Shown: positions 19,274-29,526, counted from the first letter of the stretch. The stretch: 64,000 bases of DNA from Minicystis rosea (GCA_001931535.1 CP016211.1:4375573-4439572), one strand, 5' to 3'. Translations and numbers: made by a program. The notes: a model not told the origin generated them from the sequence alone.

Positions 19274-22200
19274 ATGCTCCCGCTCGAAGGCTGTGATCCG
19301 ATCCAGCTCATCGATGCCTCGTACGGGAGGTACACCCGCCAATCGAGCTCGTCGGCGCAGCCCTTCTCGGGGTGGATGTTCGCTACGGAGCCGGAGCCCG
19401 ATCCCTATTGGGAGATCTATTTGGGCGAGTCGATGTTCGTCGAGCGCATCGCCCTCTGGCTCGCGCCCGTCGCTCCGGACACGGAGGTGCGCGTCGTCGC
19501 GCACGCCATCCCCACCCCGCAAAACGAGCCCGCCGCGGGCAGCGCCACCTGGGTGAGCCGCATCGACGAGCTGCCGGTGGCGAGCGACGGGAGCGCCGTG
19601 CTCTGGATCGGCGCCGACACCGTTGCGCGCTTCGTGCGTGTCTCGCTCCATCGTGCCGACGGTGCCCCGGTGACGCTGCTCGTGCGCGGCGTCGAGATCC
19701 TCGCGGCCCCGCTCTTCCTCGAATCGCTCGCGGCGAGCTTCGCCCGCGCCTTCACGCTCTTCGCGGATCGCCCGCTCTTCGCCGCGCGGATCGGCGAAGG
19801 TCCCTTCACCGTCACGCATCGTTATCGCGACGTGTGGACCGCGGCGCGCCGCCTCGCGGGAGCTCTCGCGCACCTCACGCCGAGCGACGGCGAGACGCGC
19901 GTCTTCATCGGCCTGTGCACGCGCAACCGACCCGAGTGGCTCATGGGCGATCTCGCCGCCGTGATCCTCGGTCACGTCACCGTCCCGCTCTCGCCCGACG
20001 ACAGCGACGATCGTCTCGCCACCATCCTCGGCCGTTGCCCGCTCGCCGCCGTCCTCGTCGAGCCCGGCGACGGCGATCGCTTCGCGCGCCTCGCCGCGCG
20101 CTGCCCCTCCCTGCGCCTCATCATCGAATGCGATCCCGCGCCCGCCGATGCGCCCTCACGCGCCTCACCGGCAAATGAGCCCGAGCGCATCGGCTTCACC
20201 GATCTGCTCGCGCGCGCCGCCGAACGGCCTGCTCCATCCGCACCGGCGCGCGACGGCCGCGATCTCTGCACGGTGCTCTTCACCAGCGGCAGCAGCGGAG
20301 TCCCCAAGGGCGCGATGCGCAGCTACGCCACCTTCCTCGCGATGGTGTCGGGCTACGGCGTCGCCGAGCCTGCGATTCACCTCTCCTTCCAGCCGCTCAG
20401 CCACGTGAGCGAGCGCATGTACCTGCCCGCCGTCGTGCTGCGCGGAGGCCTCGTCGGCTTCTCCCGAGGCGGCGCGCGCGTGCTCTCCGATCTGCGCGCG
20501 CTCGAGCCCACCATCGTCGGCTCGGTGCCGCGGCTCTTCGAGCTCGTCCACGCCGCGCACCGCCGCCGGCTCGAGGCCGCCCTCCGCGCCGACGACCACA
20601 CGCCGCCCGACGAAATCGAAGCGCGCGTGCTCGCCGAATCGCGCGCCGTCTTCGGCTCGCGCCTCCAAGGTGTCGGCATCGGAAGCGCTCCGTGCAGCCC
20701 CGAGGTGCTCGCGTTCCTGCGCCGCTGCTTCGCGGATCTCTGGGTCTCGGAGGGCTATGGCAGCACCGAGCACGGCACGATCGCATCGAGCGGCCTCGTC
20801 CAACCCAACGTCGAGGTGAAGCTCGTCCCGCTCGCCGGCGTCTCCGAAGGCGCACCGGCCCGCGGCGAAATCTGGGTGCGCACGCCGCACGTCATCGACG
20901 GCTACTACGGCGATCCCGCCGCCACCGCCGCGAGCCGCGACGCCGACGGCTTCTTCCGCACCGGCGATCTCGGCGAGCTCGACGCCGACGGGCGCGTCCG
21001 CGTCGTGGGCCGCGTGCAGAACGTCATCAAGCTCGGGCAGGGCGAGTTCGTCGCCGTCGACCGCATCGAAGCCGCGCTCGCAGGCGCACCGATCGTCGAT
21101 CAAATCTTCGTCCACCCCGACGCTGCCTCCGCCTCGTTGCTGGCCGTGGTCATCCCCGCCGGCGACGTCCTCCGCGCCGAGCTCGGCGTCACCTCCGCAT
21201 CGCGCGCCGAGCTCGCATCCCATCCCGACGCTGCGCGCACCGTGCTTCGCGCGCTCCATGCCCATGGCCGGCGCGTCGGCCTCGCCCGCTACGAGCTGCC
21301 TCGCGCCGTGCTCGTGGATCCCGATCCGATGACGGTCGACACCGGCCTCCTCACGGCGAGCGGGAAGCTCGCGCGCCCCGCGGTCATCGCCCGATACGCA
21401 TCCGCGCTCGCGGCCCTCGATCGGACCGCGCCTCCTCCTGCCGCGGACGGCTCGCTCGCCGCGCAGCTCGCCGCCGTCATCGGCGTCGTCGTCGGCCGCA
21501 CCGTCGACATCGACGAGCCGCTTCACGAAGGGCTCGGCATCGACTCGCTCGCCATCGCCGAAGCCATCCACGCGGCCTCCACCTCGCTCGGGCACGACAT
21601 ACCGCTCGGTATGTGGTTCGAAGCACGCACGCTGGAAGACCTCGCCGCGCGGCTCGATCGCGGCACGCTCGGCCGGCTCGCACCGAACGACGATCAACCC
21701 GCGCGCGATCTCGCCCTCGATCCGGCGCGCGGCGCGCATCTCGCGGCCGCGCGCGTGCCCTTCGAAACCATCCTCCTCACGGGCGCCACCGGCCTGCTCG
21801 GCGCGCACCTGCTCGAATCCATCGCTGCGCGCGCCGACGCGCACGTCCTCTGCCTCGTCCGCGCGCCCTCCGACGACACCGCTGCCGAGCGCGTGCGCGC
21901 GACGCTCGCGCGCTACGCCATCCCCTCCCCTGCACCTTCACGCTGGTCCGCCATCGCCGCCGATCTCGCCGCCCCGAATCTCGGCCTCGATCCCGCGCGT
22001 TTCCGCGCCCTCGCCGCGCGCGCCGACGCCATCGTCCACGCCGGCGCCACCGTGAGCTGGCTCCACGCCTACGACGTCCTGCGCGCGCCCAACGTGCTCG
22101 GCACGCAAACGCTCCTCGAGCTCGCCATGCACGCGCGCGAGATTCCGTTTCACTTCGTCTCCACCCTCAGCACCGCGCCCGCCGACGGCGACGAATCCAC

Positions 22201-22834
22201 CATCCTCTCGTTCGCGGAAGCGCGCGCCGGCGGCGGCTACGGCCTGAGCAAGTGGGTGGCCGAGCAGCTCGTGCGCCGCGCCGGCGATCGCGGCCATCCC
22301 GTGGCGGTCTACCGCCCCTCGATGATCACCGGCCACAGCTGCCGCGGCCTCGGCAACCCCGACGACTACGTGCACCGCTACCTGCGTGCCTGCGTGCAAT
22401 TCGGCCGCTTCCTCGACGGCGACGGCGAGCGCCTCGACATGACGCCCGTCGACTTCGTCGCCGATGGCATCGCGGCCCTCATGCTCTCGCGCCCCCGCGG
22501 CGGCGCCACCCATCATCTCACCAACATCGATCAATCGATGTCGTATACCGATCTCGGGCACGCCTTCTCGAACGCGGGATATGCGTGCACGAAGACCTCG
22601 TATGCGGGCTTCCGCGCCACCGCGGTGCTCGCCTCGGGCTCGCCGCTCCGCGCCCTGGCTGCGTATTTCCCCGAGGCCGGTTTCGGGCTCCGCATGGGCC
22701 CGTGGCCCTCGGCCCGTACGCGCGACGAGCTCGCGACGCTCGGCGTCGTCTGCCCGCGCGTCGATGCCACGTTGATCGAGACCTACCTCGCCGGGCTCGC
22801 GCACCGCGGTCTCCTGCGCGATCCTGCGAAGTAG
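19274..22834 (+). CDS. NRPS-like adenylation-thiolation-reductase (carboxylic-acid-reductase-like) with an N-terminal discoidin/F5-8-C-like domain
   Basis: A-domain cores TSGSSGVPKG, GYGSTE and FRTGDLG. PCP serine motif GLGIDSLAIAE. Reductase Rossmann motif LLTGATGLLGAHLL and YGLSKWVAE (YxxxK). An N-terminal ~170 aa (PYWEIYLGESMFVERIALW...) precedes the A domain. ATG at 19274. Confidence 0.8.
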   Translation: MLPLEGCDPIQLIDASYGRYTRQSSSSAQPFSGWMFATEPEPDPYWEIYLGESMFVERIALWLAPVAPDTEVRVVAHAIPTPQNEPAAGSATWVSRIDELPVASDGSAVLWIGADTVARFVRVSLHRADGAPVTLLVRGVEILAAPLFLESLAASFARAFTLFADRPLFAARIGEGPFTVTHRYRDVWTAARRLAGALAHLTPSDGETRVFIGLCTRNRPEWLMGDLAAVILGHVTVPLSPDDSDDRLATILGRCPLAAVLVEPGDGDRFARLAARCPSLRLIIECDPAPADAPSRASPANEPERIGFTDLLARAAERPAPSAPARDGRDLCTVLFTSGSSGVPKGAMRSYATFLAMVSGYGVAEPAIHLSFQPLSHVSERMYLPAVVLRGGLVGFSRGGARVLSDLRALEPTIVGSVPRLFELVHAAHRRRLEAALRADDHTPPDEIEARVLAESRAVFGSRLQGVGIGSAPCSPEVLAFLRRCFADLWVSEGYGSTEHGTIASSGLVQPNVEVKLVPLAGVSEGAPARGEIWVRTPHVIDGYYGDPAATAASRDADGFFRTGDLGELDADGRVRVVGRVQNVIKLGQGEFVAVDRIEAALAGAPIVDQIFVHPDAASASLLAVVIPAGDVLRAELGVTSASRAELASHPDAARTVLRALHAHGRRVGLARYELPRAVLVDPDPMTVDTGLLTASGKLARPAVIARYASALAALDRTAPPPAADGSLAAQLAAVIGVVVGRTVDIDEPLHEGLGIDSLAIAEAIHAASTSLGHDIPLGMWFEARTLEDLAARLDRGTLGRLAPNDDQPARDLALDPARGAHLAAARVPFETILLTGATGLLGAHLLESIAARADAHVLCLVRAPSDDTAAERVRATLARYAIPSPAPSRWSAIAADLAAPNLGLDPARFRALAARADAIVHAGATVSWLHAYDVLRAPNVLGTQTLLELAMHAREIPFHFVSTLSTAPADGDESTILSFAEARAGGGYGLSKWVAEQLVRRAGDRGHPVAVYRPSMITGHSCRGLGNPDDYVHRYLRACVQFGRFLDGDGERLDMTPVDFVADGIAALMLSRPRGGATHHLTNIDQSMSYTDLGHAFSNAGYACTKTSYAGFRATAVLASGSPLRALAAYFPEAGFGLRMGPWPSARTRDELATLGVVCPRVDATLIETYLAGLAHRGLLRDPAK

Positions 22835-23078
22835 TCGCCGACGCGCAGTAACGCATCGTCGATGCGCGACACCGCATTCACGCGTCGCTGGCGCCTTTCG
22901 TATGCGCGTGTCGCGGAGCCGCGTTCGCAGCGCGCACACACCGCACGGAAAAACACGCGGTGAGCATGCCTTTTCCAAGGCACGCGCCTTGCGATGCCCG
23001 GAGCGCTCCTGCCGGCGCGGCGCGAATTCGTGCCTCCGCCGCCCGAGGAGCGCCTCGTTCTCGACCGGGAGACAACCC

Positions 23079-24047
23079 ATGAACGCTGACTCGATCCGAC
23101 TCGCAGCCATCGGTCTCTTGTGCGCATCGCTCGGCGCCTGTGGAGGACACGCCGAGCCTTACGTCCCCTCCTGCTCGATCGACACCGACTGCGGAGACGA
23201 CACCGACCCGTGCGTCGCGCACGTGTGTCGCTCGGGAGAGTGCGAGATGGAGAGTCGGCTCGGGACCCGCGCCTGCGAGTGCCGCACCGCCACCGACTGT
23301 GATCAGACCGAGGCCACGCCCTGCTTCGTGATCTCGTGCGCGGCGAACCAATGTGTCTCTGCGCTCGCCGCCGCCGGGCCGGCCCCCGTTCAGACCCAAG
23401 GGGACTGCGCCACGTTCCTTTGCGACGGACAGACGCGAATGCCGATGCTCACCCAAGACCTCACCGACGTTCCGCCCGACGAGCCCTGCGGCAAAGGCAT
23501 GTGCACCGCCGCGGGGCCATCCATCGAATACGATCCCGATGGCACGAGCTGCTCCGGCGACGCGGGCTTCTGCTTCCAGCATGCTTGCGTCACGGGCTGC
23601 GTCCCGCAAAACGCCTCTGCCTGCGGTGGTGAAGGCCCGAACGAGCCGGTGAACGACGACTCCACCACACCGGCCTCGTTCACGGCCCCAAACGCTTGTG
23701 GGATGCTCGATGACTCCGATGTCGACTGGTACACCTTCTACGCGAAGGACGAGGACTTCCAGACAGACATTCTCCACTTCGACGCCTGGTCCACCGCGCC
23801 GACGATCGAGCTTTGCGCCTATGCGCGTTGCACCGATGGCTCGCTCCCGAGCGGCGGCGGCTGCGAGGCCGACCTCGACGGCCCGAACGGCAGCAAAGGC
23901 TGTTGTTGGACGGGCGCCTCTCAAGGCTTCTCGAAGACGTGGGATCTCGAGTGCACGACGAGCGACGATAGCGGTGACATCTACGTCTCGATCCGCTCCA
24001 CCACCGCGGGCGCGTGCGCGGTTTACGCAGTGAGCATGTCATACTGA
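23079..24047 (+). CDS. Cys-rich secreted lipoprotein (hypothetical)
   Basis: Signal peptide plus lipobox (LAAIGLLCASLGACGG); about 36 Cys in 322 aa; ATG at 23079. Confidence 0.5.
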   Translation: MNADSIRLAAIGLLCASLGACGGHAEPYVPSCSIDTDCGDDTDPCVAHVCRSGECEMESRLGTRACECRTATDCDQTEATPCFVISCAANQCVSALAAAGPAPVQTQGDCATFLCDGQTRMPMLTQDLTDVPPDEPCGKGMCTAAGPSIEYDPDGTSCSGDAGFCFQHACVTGCVPQNASACGGEGPNEPVNDDSTTPASFTAPNACGMLDDSDVDWYTFYAKDEDFQTDILHFDAWSTAPTIELCAYARCTDGSLPSGGGCEADLDGPNGSKGCCWTGASQGFSKTWDLECTTSDDSGDIYVSIRSTTAGACAVYAVSMSY

Positions 24048-24334
24048 TTCACGCCCGGAGCGCGCCCTCTTGCACGCGCGTGTTTGCAGGGGCTCCCCAG
24101 CGCGCCGCGGCATCGGGTGTCGTCCCGAGCCGAGCGGCGCAAGATTGGTGCGATTTCGAACCAACGGGCGGTTGTTCCGCGCCGTCGCGGCACCGCTCCG
24201 CGGCCGTCCGCACGAGGAACGTGAGGCGCGTGACGAGCCGAGCTTGCAACGCGTGAGTCATCGCGACTACGCTGAACCGTAGCCCGAGGCCTACGGGGTG
24301 GCCTCAGCATCCCGCTACGCACCTGGGCATCTCC

Positions 24335-24928
24335 ATGGAAACGCCTAAAATCAAGGGTGCCGGCTTCGTCGAGATCCTGAAATGGTACGCGACGACCCCT
24401 CAAGGGCCGGCGCGGCTCAAGCGCGCCGTGCAAAAGCTCCCACCGGATCTCAGAGGGTACATCACCCGTCCGGACGAGCCCACGCTCGGGGTCCTGGCCG
24501 GCACTTGGTATCCGGCCCCGCTCGTGGGCCACGTCTTCGGGGAGATGACGAGCGATCTCTCCCCGCTCGCGGTGCGCCAGCTCGCCATCGACGCGGTGAA
24601 GGCCAGCGTGGGCACGACGCTCAACGGTCTCTACGCCGGCATCTTCCGCATGCTGGTCAGCCCCAAGATGCTGGCCAACAACTACAATCGACTCTGGCGC
24701 CTCTATCACAACACGGGTGAGTTCGAGGTCATCATAGAATCGCCAACGCGCTTCGATTTCCGATTGTCGAAGTGGCCCGTCCACGACTCTTTCTTTTGCC
24801 AGATGAACCTCCAAGCGACCAAGCTCATCCTCGAGATGCTCGGGATGAAGGAGGTCATGGGGCAGCTCACCGCCTGCGTCGACCGAGGGGACGCGCATTG
24901 CTCGTACCTCCAAATGTGGAAGGGATGA
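24335..24928 (+). CDS. hypothetical protein, DUF2378/TIGR02265-like (Myxococcales paralogous family)
   Basis: Size and composition fit this family; the call rests on recalled similarity only. Confidence 0.4.
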   Translation: METPKIKGAGFVEILKWYATTPQGPARLKRAVQKLPPDLRGYITRPDEPTLGVLAGTWYPAPLVGHVFGEMTSDLSPLAVRQLAIDAVKASVGTTLNGLYAGIFRMLVSPKMLANNYNRLWRLYHNTGEFEVIIESPTRFDFRLSKWPVHDSFFCQMNLQATKLILEMLGMKEVMGQLTACVDRGDAHCSYLQMWKG

Positions 24929-25329
24929 TGCGCCCCCGAAGCGCCCGGTGACACGCAAGCTGGTCGCGACGCGCCCGCCCCGACGGCCCTCCTCGAATAT
25001 CGAGCCGACCAATCACGATCGCATCACCCATCGATATGCCACGCCCACTCGCAATGGCGGCGCCGGCGCAATGGCTCTCGATGCGCGGGCTCATCGGGCT
25101 TTCCCGGACGACGAAGTGCCCTGGCAGTCGCCTCTGTCACGAATGGTCGCACGTCGCACCGGCCGGGTTTACCGCGGCCGGAGCGCATCTCACCTCCACA
25201 TAGAAACGCGCCGTCCCGACGCGATCGTCATCATTCGTGAGTCACGCCGCGCGCGGAGACGCCCGAAGACCACGGCCATTTTCTCGAATCTCGTGCACGC
25301 GCGGGAATGGTTCCCTTTCGTTGGCGCGC

Positions 25330-25338
25330 TGGTATGAT
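25330..25338 (+). promoter_or_regulatory. putative extended -10 element (TGGTATGAT), ~90 nt upstream of the 25430 CDS
   Basis: Sequence ctggTATGATg lies in a comparatively AT-richer intergenic stretch; no convincing -35 element. Confidence 0.25.
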
Positions 25339-25429
25339 GCCGGCTTCGTCAGGGGCGCCGCGCTGGTTTCGCGAGCGGTACGTTCGACCATCGATTGATG
25401 CAGTGGGCCGCGCCGCAGGGAGTCCGTAC

Positions 25430-27322
25430 ATGTCCAATAGTGCCTTTCCGGAGAACGAGGGCAGGGCCGCGCGCGACAGCATCGTCGTGCCGGCCCACAT
25501 CACCACGCACATGTCGGAGCCCGTCGCCCATTTCACGGAGGAGGAAGAGCCGGAGCCGATGTCGTTCGCGCCGGGCCGCCTCCGCCGGCAGAACGACATG
25601 CCGGCATCGTCCCGCCGGGGCGCCGCGCTCGAGCACGATTTCGAGGCGGTCTCCGCGCGCTTCCGCGGCATGAACGAGGTCCGGCACCATACCCAACAAC
25701 GCTCGCTCCACGAAGATGCACGGCGGATGATCGAGACCACGGGCGACGAGCTCCGCGTCCGCGCGCTCGAGGCGACTTCTCCGCAGGATCGCGCGCGCTT
25801 CACCGCCTTCGCCGAGACCATCGACAAGCTCCTCGAATCCCCTCAAGCGCTCGAATACCTGCGAAACGATCAAGTATCGCGGGAGATCGTCTCGTACCTC
25901 AAACGCTACAAGGCCGCGCAGCGCGTCTGGGGCAACGTCGACGACTTACGCGACGTGGTGTTGAAGGCCAGCGTCACGGCCATCCACATCGCCCCTTGCC
26001 TCGGTTATTGGCGCCAGAATCCCAACGTCCCCGACGAAGTGAAGAAGCTCCTCACGAGCGAGAGCGTCTTCGGCTCGGTTTTCCGCATCGCCAAGGAGCG
26101 CAAGGCCTCTTGGGTCGACCGGCTCCTCGCCCGCTATGCCGCCGTGACCACGGCGCTCCACCAGAGCCCCGGCAAAACAGGCCCGATTCCCATCAAGACA
26201 CGGAATGCTGTGCTCTGGCCTTGGTGCAAATTCAACATCAAGAACGTCACCTATCGGCTCTACCGCGGCGACTCGTCCCTCGCAGAAGCCGAGGAGACGA
26301 TCGCCGATGTGAAGCTCGTCCTCGTCGTGCTCAACGTGATGCTCGACGACATCGCCGACGCCCTCCAGGACGCCGATTTGCTGGAGCCGTTCCTCGCCAT
26401 TCCCTTCGCCGACGGCCGCTTCGGCGTGGCGCCGGCCGAGGCCTATGCGGCGCTGCGCGGCCGGCTCGCCGGGCTCGGCTGGCCGCAATTCGAGGCCTAT
26501 TTCGATCTGGCCGTCGATTGCTGGGTCGCCGCCATGGAGAAGCTGAAGGGCGTGGTCGGCAACGCGTATGACGCGCTCGAAGCCGATTTCGCGCACGATC
26601 ACGATCTCCTGCTCAAGGCCATGCGGTTCTCCGCCCATTTGAACGACGCGCCCCGCGCGGTCTTCGAGCTCGAATCTCCCATTCTCTTGGAGCGGTACGG
26701 CGGCTCCGGCTTCGGCGACATCCTCGCGCACAACGCGAATCGAGCGGTGTTCTTCACCATCGATCTGATGTGCCTCCTGGCCTTCGACCCGTCCCGCTAC
26801 AAGGATCTCGCGCGGGCCGGCGCGGTGGCCGTCTATCGCGAGAACGCCTGGATTTATCAGGACGCACACCAGATCGGAAACTCGGTGGCCACGGGCGCCC
26901 GCGAGTCGGAGAGCGACGACATCACCAACGAGCTCTTCAAAATCGCCAACGAGCGCCTCAACACCATCGATGATTGGCCCCTCCCCGGTCACCTCGCCCT
27001 CATCCCCGGCTTCCCTCGCAAGGACGCGGTGCTCCGCGCATTCGAGCTCAAGAAGGCCGCGAAACAAGCGCGGCGCCATCACCCCGAAGGCTCCCTCGCG
27101 CAGCAAATGGCGCAGGCGGAGTACAAGGCGCTGGGAGACGACATCGAGCAAATGGTCGAGATGTCGGGCGCCGAGCATTACTACTTCCTTCATTGGCTCA
27201 AGCGTCGCGAGGAAGCCGTCGACGTGTTCTACAAATGCGACGAATGGGTCGATCGCTATTCGCTCATGAGCGCGAACGATCTCGTCCTCGTGCTGCACCT
27301 GACGTACAAAGGCCGCATCTGA
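25430..27322 (+). CDS. large (630 aa) hypothetical protein with class-I terpene-synthase-like motifs
   Basis: ATG at 25430 after AGGGAG. Asp-rich LNVMLDDIADALQD (DDxxD), NSE-like triad GNSVATGARE (N-x3-T-x3-E) and RY pair VDRYS near the C-terminus. The function is inferred, not confirmed. Confidence 0.5.
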   Translation: MSNSAFPENEGRAARDSIVVPAHITTHMSEPVAHFTEEEEPEPMSFAPGRLRRQNDMPASSRRGAALEHDFEAVSARFRGMNEVRHHTQQRSLHEDARRMIETTGDELRVRALEATSPQDRARFTAFAETIDKLLESPQALEYLRNDQVSREIVSYLKRYKAAQRVWGNVDDLRDVVLKASVTAIHIAPCLGYWRQNPNVPDEVKKLLTSESVFGSVFRIAKERKASWVDRLLARYAAVTTALHQSPGKTGPIPIKTRNAVLWPWCKFNIKNVTYRLYRGDSSLAEAEETIADVKLVLVVLNVMLDDIADALQDADLLEPFLAIPFADGRFGVAPAEAYAALRGRLAGLGWPQFEAYFDLAVDCWVAAMEKLKGVVGNAYDALEADFAHDHDLLLKAMRFSAHLNDAPRAVFELESPILLERYGGSGFGDILAHNANRAVFFTIDLMCLLAFDPSRYKDLARAGAVAVYRENAWIYQDAHQIGNSVATGARESESDDITNELFKIANERLNTIDDWPLPGHLALIPGFPRKDAVLRAFELKKAAKQARRHHPEGSLAQQMAQAEYKALGDDIEQMVEMSGAEHYYFLHWLKRREEAVDVFYKCDEWVDRYSLMSANDLVLVLHLTYKGRI

Positions 27323-27452
27323 ACACGTGACGGGCGCGTGCGGCGAAGGGCGAGACCGACGTCGCACGGTGAATCCGCATGGTCGGTCACATCTCCAGTG
27401 ACGGACGCGCGCATACGCGATCGCGCTTGCACGAGGCGGCGTCGATCGCGCT

Positions 27453-29009
27453 ATGGTCGCGGCCATGGGTGCATCCGCGAACGAGCTCAAGGGCCCCGAC
27501 CTCGAGGTCGGCATCGACATCCAACAGCTCCGAGAAGGCGAGCCGCTGCTCGGACATGCGGGCGGCGAGGGCGTCGTCCTCGTCAAGCGCGGGGAGACGT
27601 GCTTCGCGGTGGGCGCGACCTGCCCGCACTATTCCGGGCCGCTTGGTGAAGGGCTCGTCGTGGGCGACACCATTCGCTGCCCGTGGCACCACGCACGCTT
27701 CGATCTCGCGAGCGGCGCATCGCTCGGCGGGCCGGCGCTCAATGCCATCCCGTGCTTCGACGTCGCGCGCGAAGGGCCGCTCGTTCGCGTCCTCGGCAAG
27801 CGCGCGGCAGCCCCGGCGAAGCGGCCGCCGCGCGCACCCGCGAGCGTGGTGATCCTCGGCTCGGGCGCGGCGGGCACCGTCGTCGCGGAGACGCTGCGCG
27901 CCGAAGGTTACGAAGGGCCCATCACGCTCGTCGGCGAAGAGGGCATTCCCATCGATCGTCCCAACCTCTCCAAGGATTACTTGGCCGGGACGGCGCCGGA
28001 AGAATGGATGCCCATCCGCGACGAGCAAGCGCTCCGCAGCAAAGGCATCGATCTCGTCGGGGCGCGCGCCACGCGCATCGATCCCGAGAGCAAGCGTGTC
28101 GCGCTCGAAGGCAAAGACGATCTCGCCTATGGCACGCTCGTGCTCGCCACCGGAGCCTCGCCCATTCGGCTCTCGATCCCGGGCGCCGATCTCCCGCACG
28201 TGCACATGGTCCGCACGCTCGCCGACAGCCGCGGCATCATCGCGGCCTTGGGCACGGCCAAGCGCGCGGTGGTGATCGGCGGCGGCTTCATCGGCCTCGA
28301 GGTCGCCGGCTCGCTGCGCGCGCGCGGCCTCGAAGTGACCGTCCTTCTGCGCGAGACGGTGCCGCTCGCGCGCGTGCTCGGCGACGAGCTCGGCAAGCTC
28401 GTCGAGTCCATCCACGTCGAGCACGGCGTCACCTTCGTGCGCGACACGCCGGCCGTCATCGACGCGACGGGCGTGACGCTCACCGGCGGACAGCGGCTCG
28501 AAGCAGACCTCGTGATCATGGGCGTCGGCGTGCGCCCCCGCGTGGAGCTGGCCCAAGCCGCGGGGATCCGCGTCGACAACGGCATCGTCGTCGACGATCG
28601 CCTGCGCACGAGCGCGCCCGATGTTTTGGCGGTCGGCGACGTCGCGCGCTTCCCGTGGGGCCCCGAAGGCACGCTGGTGCGCGTCGAGCATCTGGTCCAC
28701 GCCGAGCGCATGGGCTTCGTGGCCGCGCGCAACGCGCTCGGCTACGACGAGGCCTTCCGATTCGCTCCGTTCTTCTGGAGCCAGCATTACGACGTGCCGA
28801 TCAACTACGCAGGCACCGGCGCCTGGGACGAGGTCGAGATCATCGGCGACCCCGCGAAGCGCGATGTCCTCGCCGTCTATCGATCGCGCGGCCGCGCCGT
28901 GGCGCTGGCCTCGATCTACCGCGATTTGGAGAGCCTGCGCTTCGAGGACCTGCTCGAGCGCGGCGATGACGCCGGCATCGAAGCCATGTTGAAGGCCGCG
29001 CGCGGCTGA
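27453..29009 (+). CDS. Rieske [2Fe-2S] domain fused to FAD/NAD(P)-dependent ferredoxin-reductase-like oxidoreductase
   Basis: Rieske ligand boxes CPHYSGPL and CPWHHARF; dinucleotide-binding folds VVILGSGAAG and VVIGGGFIGLE. Confidence 0.8.
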   Translation: MVAAMGASANELKGPDLEVGIDIQQLREGEPLLGHAGGEGVVLVKRGETCFAVGATCPHYSGPLGEGLVVGDTIRCPWHHARFDLASGASLGGPALNAIPCFDVAREGPLVRVLGKRAAAPAKRPPRAPASVVILGSGAAGTVVAETLRAEGYEGPITLVGEEGIPIDRPNLSKDYLAGTAPEEWMPIRDEQALRSKGIDLVGARATRIDPESKRVALEGKDDLAYGTLVLATGASPIRLSIPGADLPHVHMVRTLADSRGIIAALGTAKRAVVIGGGFIGLEVAGSLRARGLEVTVLLRETVPLARVLGDELGKLVESIHVEHGVTFVRDTPAVIDATGVTLTGGQRLEADLVIMGVGVRPRVELAQAAGIRVDNGIVVDDRLRTSAPDVLAVGDVARFPWGPEGTLVRVEHLVHAERMGFVAARNALGYDEAFRFAPFFWSQHYDVPINYAGTGAWDEVEIIGDPAKRDVLAVYRSRGRAVALASIYRDLESLRFEDLLERGDDAGIEAMLKAARG

Positions 29010-29526
29010 TCACCCTCCCCTGCCCGCAGCGACGCGCCCGCGTCGCACCTGCCCACGATCACCACGAGCCTCCGCGCTGCCCACGGCGGCGCGGCCGCGC
29101 ACCTCGCGCTCGATGCGAGGGCGAGCGACGCACACCCGTCCTCGACATGCGCGCGGCGAACAGACGCCTCGTGTCGCGAGCACAAGGCCCCTCACCTGTG
29201 ACTCCCATTCACATGCACGTTCCGAAACCGTGCCTTGGGGTCACAGTCATCCATGCACCTGTGCCCCGAGCGCACAGGTCCCATGGTCTGTATCCTCATT
29301 TCACCGGTCGCTTCTCGCCCCATGGCATCGTGTCCTCTTGACCCTTGATGCGAATCTGAGGTTCACTCGATCTCACGATGCTTGAACGGCGGCCCTCCGC
29401 CGCTCGTGCCTCGCCTTCCTTCGTTCGCAAGCTTTCTTTCTTCAGGTTCGGTACAGCCCGTCATCGCATCCGCGACGTCCCGTCGTGAGGTCGGTGGAGG
29501 GGTGTCTCCGGGCCGGCGGAGCATTC

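Noticed and set aside
22902-23078. 59-aa N-terminal extension of the Cys-rich lipoprotein ORF
   Set aside because: It is Arg-rich with no signal peptide. The internal ATG 23079 gives a canonical lipoprotein signal.
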